DNA from: Candidatus Heimdallarchaeota archaeon B3_Heim
Lineage (GTDB): Archaea; Asgardarchaeota; Heimdallarchaeia; Hodarchaeales; Hodarchaeaceae
NCBI GenBank assembly: GCA_003144275.1
Contig: NJBF01000066.1
Location: 1 to 13,223, forward strand
DNA: 13,223 nt
Reading direction: 5' to 3'
Part shown: positions 1 through 6,716 of the stretch, one piece after another
Layout of the letters: every line of letters starts with the position of its first letter
Numbering within the stretch: position 1 is the first letter of the stretch
Notes under the pieces: model-generated
The model's input: the letters and a program-made list of their open reading frames with translations, nothing else
Told to the model about the DNA's origin: nothing
Database searches by the model: none
Made by a program: the position numbers and the translations under genes

Positions 1-500
1 CTCAAGTTTGATCCTCAGGTGAGCTTAGTTATGCAATGGGTTGATGATAACGGCACGTTATGAATTTGATTGAAGCTTGTAATCATGGACAGAGAGATAT
101 TACATGTCAAGATGGCCTCGGTCACCCCTTGACCCCTGATTGCTCGGTCATCCTGGGGTAAAGCTTCTCAAGATGTTCAAGCCTCTTGTTTGTAGCATTC
201 GGTGGACCTACAAGCCATGGACAAACATCGATGTTTGTCCATGTCATTGTGTGTCTCTCTCTTCAGTGTCATAATGTGTCTCTGTGGCTGCTGGTCATTG
301 AAGAGGTCCAGAGCCACATTGAGGGTGTGTACAGGCAGTATGAGGAGCTCTACAAGTCAAAGGATGCTGCCGGCATCGCCTCCCTCTACACTGAGGACTG
401 TCAGTTCCTGCCCCCTAACAGACCCTTGCTGAGAGGTAGACAGGGTGAGGATTGAACATTCTCCGGCTGCAGGCCACAGGTCTTGGTGGGGTATGGTGAA
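1..500. other. Eukaryote-like (probably metazoan) DNA segment joined to archaeal sequence; likely chimeric/contaminant contig end
   Basis: About 49% GC over 1-480 versus 11/40 GC at 501-540 and about one third in sampled downstream lines; donor-like CAG|GTGAGC (18|19), pyrimidine tract plus acceptor TGTCTCTCTCTTCAG| (252-266), donor-like CAGG|GTGAGG (444|445); not gene-dense. The junction is approximate (~500). Confidence 0.75.
267..444 (+). CDS. Putative spliced exon encoding the N-terminal part of a SnoaL-like/DUF4440 (NTF2-like) protein (partial)
   Basis: EEVQSHIEGVYRQYEELYKSKDAAGIASLYTEDCQFLPPNRPLLRGRQ resembles the DUF4440 pattern (helix, 'DAAGIASLYTED', 'LPPN', 'GR'). Bounded by AG at 265-266 and GT at 445-446; 33 of the 46 codons V(GTC)-Q(CAG) end in G/C; the frame hits TGA at 453-455 just after the donor. 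Confidence 0.65.
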
Positions 501-553
501 TCATGATAAAATATAAGACAGAAAAGAAATACCTAGGATGACATCTGTAAACT

Positions 554-1669
554 ATGATTTCCAATGAATTTACATTTTCTCAGCTTCAGTATATTGTCCT
601 CTCTTGGCTCTCTGTTTTATTAGCCATAAGTGGAACAATCATTGTATTTAGGGAATATCGAAAACTACCAGCTCGTCCATTAATCTATCTGGAATTAATT
701 TTATTATTTTTTATTCCATATAATATATGTCATGGCTTACTTTTCCTAGTCGGTTTTGAAAATGAGCCTCTCATGATATTGCTCTTTCGTGTGCAAATGA
801 TATTTCTCTTTATTGTCGTTTTCTTTCTTGTTTTTTTTATTGAATCATTAAGAGCTGATACACCATCGCCCCTCATCTTGATGATGCTTGGTCTAGGATT
901 GGGGAACGGATTGGTTCTATCGGTGTTTCCAGAGTCTGTACAATTCAGTTTAGAAATTGGGCCGTACTTATCCGATGTAGCACGGATTATTTTTGGGATC
1001 GATTTGATCTGCTTGGGTTTTCTTCTATCAATAAGAATTAGCAGGTTTATTCCATTTGTCCCTCGGCCTTACTTAAAACCAGCCCTTCTGTTTTACTTTG
1101 GATGTTTAAGTCCGATTCTCTTTCCTTTAGTGCTTATAAGCACAAAATTATCTTTAGTTATTCTTGGAATTGAAATATTAAGTTTAGCAGTAGGTACGTT
1201 CATTGTGATTATAGCTATCTTAGTTGATGAGCGTGTCTTAAGAGTTCTACCCTTCAATGTGTATCGTGTTTCAGTCATCAACATGAATATAGGGCTATCG
1301 ATTTTTGATGTTCTATTTGAAGCTAAACAGAGTGGACCTAATTCCAGTGTTCTTATTCCACATTTGATGACAGCAAATTTTCAATTCGTACAATCTGTCA
1401 TTCATGATACGGAAAAAATTCGTTCTATTGCTACCGATAATTATTATTTTATCTTTGAAGCTTATAAAGATATCGTTGCTTTTGTTATCGCAGACCAAAC
1501 GTCAATGTTGATTAAATCTGCTCTGAAAGAATTTGTGAAGAATTTTTACGTGAAATTTGGTGAAAATATTGATTCTTCGGAAATTAGTCAGTATAAGGAA
1601 GCAGGAACGTTATTAGATCTATATTTTGCTTTTCTTCCCTCACATAAAATAGTCTCTATTGGTTCTTAA
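554..1669 (+). CDS. 7-transmembrane protein with a C-terminal cytoplasmic longin-like domain (371 aa)
   Basis: Seven hydrophobic segments in aa ~10-224, then a soluble domain (~aa 233-365) with a beta-beta-alpha-beta-beta-beta-alpha-alpha pattern (VYRVSVIN, GLSIFDVLF, LIPHLMTANFQFVQSVI, IRSI, YYFIFE, IVAFVIAD, LIKSALKEFVKNF, YKEAGTLLDLYF), matching Asgard longin-type domains as I recall them. ATG start, TAA stop. Confidence 0.75.
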   Translation: MISNEFTFSQLQYIVLSWLSVLLAISGTIIVFREYRKLPARPLIYLELILLFFIPYNICHGLLFLVGFENEPLMILLFRVQMIFLFIVVFFLVFFIESLRADTPSPLILMMLGLGLGNGLVLSVFPESVQFSLEIGPYLSDVARIIFGIDLICLGFLLSIRISRFIPFVPRPYLKPALLFYFGCLSPILFPLVLISTKLSLVILGIEILSLAVGTFIVIIAILVDERVLRVLPFNVYRVSVINMNIGLSIFDVLFEAKQSGPNSSVLIPHLMTANFQFVQSVIHDTEKIRSIATDNYYFIFEAYKDIVAFVIADQTSMLIKSALKEFVKNFYVKFGENIDSSEISQYKEAGTLLDLYFAFLPSHKIVSIGS

Positions 1670-1680
1670 TACAAAATAAA

Positions 1681-1689
1681 TTTTTCTTT
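1681..1689 (+). terminator. Possible archaeal oligo-T terminator
   Basis: TTTTTCTTT 12 nt after the TAA of 554..1669. Confidence 0.35.
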
Positions 1690-1742
1690 GAATTAGAGGG
1701 TGAGCTTTTTATTTTATGCATAGTAACACCCGTTGATATTTA

Positions 1743-3191
1743 ATGGGACAAGATTCTCTCACATCTGAGCTTATTTCTGTTTTAAACGCTATGGTCGATC
1801 CAGTACACGTTATAGATCGAAATCTCAAATTTATCTTCTTCAATAATGCGTTTAAGAAATGGAATGCTCATTTAGGGTATAAAACCCAAGTTATAGGTGA
1901 AAAATTAACTGATATTTTCCCCTTCCTATCAGCTCGACCATTAGCTGAGTATGAATACATTTTCAAGACAGGAAAAGCAATGGCTATTCCTGAAAGGACA
2001 AACTATAAGCGAGAAGGCTTTTATAATATCCAACGAATTCCAATAGTTGATGAAACTTCTTCTAAAGTAACTCACATTGTTACAATCTTACGTGATATCA
2101 CTCAAAATGTAACCATTCTGGAAGCTCTCAAAGAATCCGAAAGAAAATATCGTTCACTTATACAAACGATGGGAGAGGGTGTTTGGGTTACGGATAAACT
2201 GGATAGGACGATTCTGGTTAATTCAACACTATTAAACATGTTGGGTTATTCAGAGGGAGAATTACTAGGGAGAACAGTTACAGAATTCATAAGTCCTGAG
2301 TATTTAGATATTTTTAAGGAAGTTTGTGAACAACGATTATCAGAAGAGGTTACTGCTTCCACATATGAATTAGTGTTTTTGACGAAGAATGGTTTAACGG
2401 TTCATACTCGTGTTGCTGGTACAGCTTTATACAATGAAGAGAAGAACGAATTGATCGGTTCAGTAGGAGTAATATCAGATATTTCCTCGGAAAAAAGATT
2501 TCAGCAACTTCAAGAACGATTCATAGGAGTTACGGCACACGAATTAAGAACACCCTTAGCAATTATTTCAGGATACTTAGAACTTCTTCAAAAAGACCCC
2601 TCAATTACACAGGAGCATCAAGAAATATACGATGCTATGTTTAATAATGCGAGTCGATTGCAACAGCTAGTACAGTCAGTACACGATCTTACAGCAATAC
2701 AAGCAAATGTTTTCACCGTCAACCCGACTAAAACGAATCTGAATGACTTTGTAATCCAATTTAAAATGCAAATTAAAATGCTTTACCCAGATCGTTTACT
2801 AGTCATTGACGAACAGAATATTAACGATCAAATTGAGATACTGATTGACACCGATCGGATTACCCAGGTTCTTGAAAATCTTGTAGATAATGCTGCAAAA
2901 AATTCCCCAAATAACAGTATAATTTCGATTGTTGTAAGTCATTTAGAGAATTCCCTTCATATAATGGTACAAGATGAAGGAACGGGAATCTCTAATCAAA
3001 TTTTATTTCAGCTATTCCAACCTTTTTCCCATATTCCAACTGAATATTCCCGAAGAGGAACAGGGCTTGGACTTTACATAATTAAATCAATAATATCTGC
3101 TCATAATGGTACTATGAGTGTCATAACCCAAGAAAATAAGGGTAGCTGTTTTACTATTACCATTCCGAACAACATTGAAAACAATGCCTAA
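1743..3191 (+). CDS. Soluble PAS-PAS-HisKA-HATPase sensor histidine kinase (482 aa)
   Basis: Two PAS domains ending RDIT and SDIS; H-box AHELRTPL (His266, 2538-2540); N-box ENLVDNAAKN; G1 DEGTGI; F-box LFQPF; G2 GTGLGL; no transmembrane segment. Confidence 0.93.
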   Translation: MGQDSLTSELISVLNAMVDPVHVIDRNLKFIFFNNAFKKWNAHLGYKTQVIGEKLTDIFPFLSARPLAEYEYIFKTGKAMAIPERTNYKREGFYNIQRIPIVDETSSKVTHIVTILRDITQNVTILEALKESERKYRSLIQTMGEGVWVTDKLDRTILVNSTLLNMLGYSEGELLGRTVTEFISPEYLDIFKEVCEQRLSEEVTASTYELVFLTKNGLTVHTRVAGTALYNEEKNELIGSVGVISDISSEKRFQQLQERFIGVTAHELRTPLAIISGYLELLQKDPSITQEHQEIYDAMFNNASRLQQLVQSVHDLTAIQANVFTVNPTKTNLNDFVIQFKMQIKMLYPDRLLVIDEQNINDQIEILIDTDRITQVLENLVDNAAKNSPNNSIISIVVSHLENSLHIMVQDEGTGISNQILFQLFQPFSHIPTEYSRRGTGLGLYIIKSIISAHNGTMSVITQENKGSCFTITIPNNIENNA

Positions 3192-3196
3192 AAAAA
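3190..3196 (-). terminator. Possible oligo-T terminator for the hydrolase gene
   Basis: A7 on + (T7 on -) just downstream of the hydrolase TGA; a T7 run at 3231-3237 could serve the convergent kinase. Confidence 0.35.
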
Positions 3197-3200
3197 GTAT

Positions 3201-4079
3201 TCATATTACTTGATTCAGGAAATCCAAGACTTTTTTTCTGTATTCAGGAAGGTGCTCATGGTTAAAATGTGTACCATCTTCAGGAATCCAAAGAGTGGAA
3301 TTTTTAATGCATGAATTTAATTTATAGGAATATTTGTACGGAAATATGGCATCAAGTTTCCCATGAATGATTAAAGTCGGGGCATCAATCTTAGGAGCAA
3401 TATCAATTGGACTGTATTCTCCCCTGTGAAATCTTCTGAACACTCTTAAGGTAACAAATGTGACTCCTGGGATCAGAATTGGAGTAAACATTTTGAGAGC
3501 AGGTTTGTAAACATATTTTAAGCTGAATGGGAATGCATAAGGAGGGGATTCAGCAATAATTGCTTTTACTTGAGGATTTTGCGCTCCTGCTAACAAGGCT
3601 GCCCCTCCCGCTATTGAATGGCCACATAATACTACAGGTTGGTTCCACCACTTAATGCAGGCTTTTAGGTCTTGAGTGAATCGTATTATACTCATTCCAA
3701 GTAATTCTTTATCTGATTCTCCATGATCTCGGGCTGAAAAAAGAATGGTAGTATATCCCTGTTCTCCAAAAATTTTTGCTCGTGCAACCATTCGTCCCCT
3801 ATTACGTCCCCAACCGTGAAGAAGAATAATTGCAGGAGTATCATTTGATAATCCATTTTTAATTACGGTTTTTTCATCTGGTCTGACAACCCAACATTCT
3901 AGCTTTTTATTATTTACAGTAGGAATTCGATGTTCCTCTATAGTACCCCAATCGGGAGAGTCTGGTATTGGATCTCTAGGTAATTTGGCTAATACAAGCA
4001 TAATGATTAAACAACCACCAAGATAAATAACTAACCCAATACTAAGTATCACAAGCAATTGGAAAAGTAGTTCAAACAC
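3201..4079 (-). CDS. Membrane-anchored alpha/beta-fold serine hydrolase (292 aa)
   Basis: N-terminal hydrophobic anchor; LLHGWG oxyanion region; nucleophile elbow GHSIAGG; HGKLD acid; GTH histidine. GTG start with GGAG upstream. Confidence 0.9.
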   Translation of the reverse strand: MFELLFQLLVILSIGLVIYLGGCLIIMLVLAKLPRDPIPDSPDWGTIEEHRIPTVNNKKLECWVVRPDEKTVIKNGLSNDTPAIILLHGWGRNRGRMVARAKIFGEQGYTTILFSARDHGESDKELLGMSIIRFTQDLKACIKWWNQPVVLCGHSIAGGAALLAGAQNPQVKAIIAESPPYAFPFSLKYVYKPALKMFTPILIPGVTFVTLRVFRRFHRGEYSPIDIAPKIDAPTLIIHGKLDAIFPYKYSYKLNSCIKNSTLWIPEDGTHFNHEHLPEYRKKVLDFLNQVI

Positions 4080-4229
4080 CTGTCACGACTCTCCAAAGAT
4101 AATTCGTGGGGAACAAAAATCTCTTCTAATTAACAATCTTTCAACAATCCTTTATATTTCATTCTTGAAACTGAATTATATATTAATCATTATTAAATAA
4201 TTGTATCTCTATAGAGTAACTGGTTGGAG

Positions 4230-4240
4230 TATAATATAAA
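4230..4240 (+). promoter_or_regulatory. TATA-like box upstream of 4262
   Basis: TATAATATAAA ending 22 nt before the ATG, in the divergent intergenic region 4080-4261. Confidence 0.4.
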
Positions 4241-4261
4241 TCAAATGGATGAGGATTTAAC

Positions 4262-4840
4262 ATGAGTAATAAAGCTGAATATGAATATTGTCGTTTATGT
4301 GGTTATGTACGACGAGTGGGAAAAGGAGGAATATGTCCTGCATGTGGAGCACGAAAGAAAGCTTTTCTACCTTATGAACATAAAGCCTCAGAACAAAGAC
4401 GTATGTTTCTCAAGCTCGATGTTCATCCAGTGTCTGTTCACTTTACCATTAGTTATATAGCTGTTATCGCACTACTGTATATTATATCCATATTTTCCTC
4501 CGAATTACTGGGAATATCTATTGACGGGACACGGGATTTACAAATTATCTTCTTTCCTCTTCTAGTTATTGGAGGAGGAATTACAGGAATCATTGATGGG
4601 AAAATCCGGTTTAGGAAACTAACTACTCCGTATCTACAAAGAAAGATCATATTAGGAAGTGTTCTTTTTGTAATTTCTGTTCTAATCTTAATTGTCCACA
4701 ATCTTGAGGTAACAGACGGTGTAACTGGTTTACTTGAAGGTCTTTTGATCTTTTCCGCGTTTGGAATAGCAAGTTACCTTGGATGGATTGGAGCAGAAAT
4801 GATTTGTCCCATAGTTCCTGTTGGAAGACCGAGAGAGTAG
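4262..4840 (+). CDS. Rubredoxin-like Cys4 domain fused to a DUF2231-like membrane domain (192 aa)
   Basis: N-terminal CRLCGY-x9-CPACG; 'VHPVSVHF' resembles the DUF2231 HPxxVHF motif; about four hydrophobic segments; TAG stop. Confidence 0.8.
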   Translation: MSNKAEYEYCRLCGYVRRVGKGGICPACGARKKAFLPYEHKASEQRRMFLKLDVHPVSVHFTISYIAVIALLYIISIFSSELLGISIDGTRDLQIIFFPLLVIGGGITGIIDGKIRFRKLTTPYLQRKIILGSVLFVISVLILIVHNLEVTDGVTGLLEGLLIFSAFGIASYLGWIGAEMICPIVPVGRPRE

Positions 4841-4916
4841 TATAATTCATAGGTTACTTCTGAAATTCGATGACTCAACCTTAAGAACAACTTACACTTC
4901 ATTCTATACAAACGAA

Positions 4917-5078
4917 ATGATGAAATTAATGATGTCTACAAGAAATCGTCATTACAAACTAACCTGTTCATCCTGTGGAAAACAACAAGGCACCTGCTTT
5001 GCCTACTGTGTCGTTTGCGGAACAAAACTTGTTCCAAAGTCTCATGATGTAAATTACTCACATCAATCAAAAGGGTAA
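4917..5078 (+). CDS. Small zinc-ribbon protein (~53 aa; start uncertain)
   Basis: CSSCG-x8-CVVCG-TKL zinc-ribbon pattern. The ORF track starts at a TTG at 4821 overlapping the upstream gene; the ATGs at 4917-4932 are more plausible. Confidence 0.6.
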   Translation: MMKLMMSTRNRHYKLTCSSCGKQQGTCFAYCVVCGTKLVPKSHDVNYSHQSKG

Positions 5079-5079
5079 T

Positions 5080-6594
5080 TTAGTCAATATTATTGGGAAG
5101 TTTAATAGTAAAAATACATCCAGTGTTTTCTTCACCGCTAACAACCTCAATGGTGCCTCCATGGGCTTGAATGATAGCTTTTATAATATAAAGACCCAAA
5201 CCAGTTCCACTCTGAGAATATTGGGTTGGTTTATGAGCGAAAGGTCGGAATAATTGAAGCATACCATCATTAGAAATCCCTGTTCCTTGATCTTGAACGA
5301 CTATGGACAATTCGTCAGATTTACTGAGAATTCGAATATTAATCGATGAATCTTCAGGTGAATTTTTCACAGAATTCTGCGTTAAATTTTCAACAGTTTG
5401 TTTGATTCTTTCACTATCCAGGTTAAACGATAAATTTGAGTCTGAAGTGACATTAGTATCCCAGAATATATTTCGAGTTGGAAAGAGAATCGCAATTTGA
5501 TCTTTTATTTCATTAATGAACTCAAATAAGTTTACATCTTTACGATCAATGGTAAATAGATTCGCTCGGACGGCGGATAGATCATGTACATTTCTAACTA
5601 ATCTCACAAGTCGATTTACATTACGAGACATTTTCTCAATAATAGCAAGGAGATCTTCTTGAGAAAGATCAGGGCCAATTTGTAAAACGTCAATGTAGCC
5701 ACTTAGGACAGTTAATGGAGTTTGAAGTTCATGGGCAGTTGTGGCAATAAAACGTTCTTGCAACTCCTGAAGTGATTTTTCTTGTGTGATATCCGAGATA
5801 ACACAAAAATTTCCAACTACTTGATTATCTGGATCAGTTAGTGAGGATAGAATTAACCTTGTCTCTACTTCCACACCCGATTTATTCAAGAAAGTAATTT
5901 CAGTGGGGTTTGAAGTTGATTGAGTATCTAAAGAGAGTAAAACTTTGTTAAATTTGTCGTGAGATGTTTCAACCATAAAATCAGTAATTTTATTGCCAAT
6001 GAGCTCACTTTCTGAAAATCTTAACATTTCACATAACGCTTTGTTGATGAAAATTGTTTCTTGAGAGGAATCAAAAAGCCAAGCTCCGTCACCCATTTGA
6101 GTAATTAACTTTCTAAATTTATGTTCACTTTCACGAAGAGCTTTCATCATACCTTCGTATTTCTTCTCAACATACATAATTTTTTTAGCAGTTTTTTCAT
6201 CATTTGATTGATACTTGATGATTGTGGTCACTAAATTAGGATTTTTGGTCTTAATCATTGGTAATTTGTGAATAGTATAGGCAGTGGGATCCTTAGGGAA
6301 GGTATCAACGCTTTCGATCTGTGATTCTTGGGAATTAAAGATCTTTTTGTAATCTGCTATCCAAGTGTTGGTTAAGAAAGGGATAGCCTCTGTAATATGT
6401 TGATCTTTACCTGGGGGTGGTAATTCCCAACTATTCATCAAACGTACTAGTGCTTCATTATAAAACTGGATTTTCAAATGAGTATCTACTACAAAGATTG
6501 GGTCTGAGATTAAACTAAATGCCTGAAAAAGTGGCCTAGTTTTACTTACATCAATTTGTCTGATGTCAGTATTTGTAGTTATAATCTTAGGCAT
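5080..6594 (-). CDS. Soluble PAS-PAS-HisKA-HATPase sensor histidine kinase (504 aa), paralog of 1743..3191
   Basis: H-box AHELQTPL (His288, 5731-5733); N-box ENLTQNSVKN; G1 DQGTGI; LFRPF; G2 GTGLGL; motif-by-motif similarity to the first kinase. Confidence 0.93.
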   Translation of the reverse strand: MPKIITTNTDIRQIDVSKTRPLFQAFSLISDPIFVVDTHLKIQFYNEALVRLMNSWELPPPGKDQHITEAIPFLTNTWIADYKKIFNSQESQIESVDTFPKDPTAYTIHKLPMIKTKNPNLVTTIIKYQSNDEKTAKKIMYVEKKYEGMMKALRESEHKFRKLITQMGDGAWLFDSSQETIFINKALCEMLRFSESELIGNKITDFMVETSHDKFNKVLLSLDTQSTSNPTEITFLNKSGVEVETRLILSSLTDPDNQVVGNFCVISDITQEKSLQELQERFIATTAHELQTPLTVLSGYIDVLQIGPDLSQEDLLAIIEKMSRNVNRLVRLVRNVHDLSAVRANLFTIDRKDVNLFEFINEIKDQIAILFPTRNIFWDTNVTSDSNLSFNLDSERIKQTVENLTQNSVKNSPEDSSINIRILSKSDELSIVVQDQGTGISNDGMLQLFRPFAHKPTQYSQSGTGLGLYIIKAIIQAHGGTIEVVSGEENTGCIFTIKLPNNID

Positions 6595-6626
6595 ATATTC
6601 CCAATCCTTTCTTCACTAAAGGGGAA

Positions 6627-6639
6627 TTTATAATTTTTT
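6627..6639 (-). promoter_or_regulatory. BRE/TATA-like promoter of the second kinase
   Basis: Minus strand reads AAAAAATTATAAA, ending 33 nt upstream of the ATG at 6594. Confidence 0.5.
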
Positions 6640-6716
6640 ATTGCATATTAATGATTTGGCATTAGAATGGTGTAATTTGTATGCAACCTCATAAAAGAAA
6701 TTTCAGAGGTTTTAAA

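Noticed and set aside
120-134. GGTCA-N5-TGACC inverted repeat resembling a nuclear receptor element
   Set aside because: The spacer is 5 nt, not the 3 of an estrogen response element, and such a short repeat can arise by chance.
202-432. 76-aa alternative-frame ORF
   Set aside because: Overlaps the exon frame that has recognisable domain similarity; no motif of its own.
186-455. 89-aa ORF taken as a complete prokaryotic gene
   Set aside because: TTG start, the first 27 codons look non-coding (pyrimidine tract), and it stops three codons after a donor-like site, far short of a full DUF4440 domain. Better explained as an exon.
538-567. Short out-of-frame ORF MTSVNYDFQ overlapping the 7TM start (possible frameshift or uORF)
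   Set aside because: Nine codons with no support; the 554 ATG already gives a complete first TM segment.
1093-1498. Minus-strand ORFs 1093..1284 and 1313..1498
   Set aside because: Antisense shadows of the 7TM-longin gene.
4207-4216. Perfect palindrome CTCTATAGAG in the divergent promoter region
   Set aside because: A single 10-bp palindrome with no second copy elsewhere; expected by chance.
4453-4850. Minus-strand ORFs 4453..4701 and 4647..4850
   Set aside because: Antisense to the rubredoxin-like/DUF2231-like gene; no motifs.
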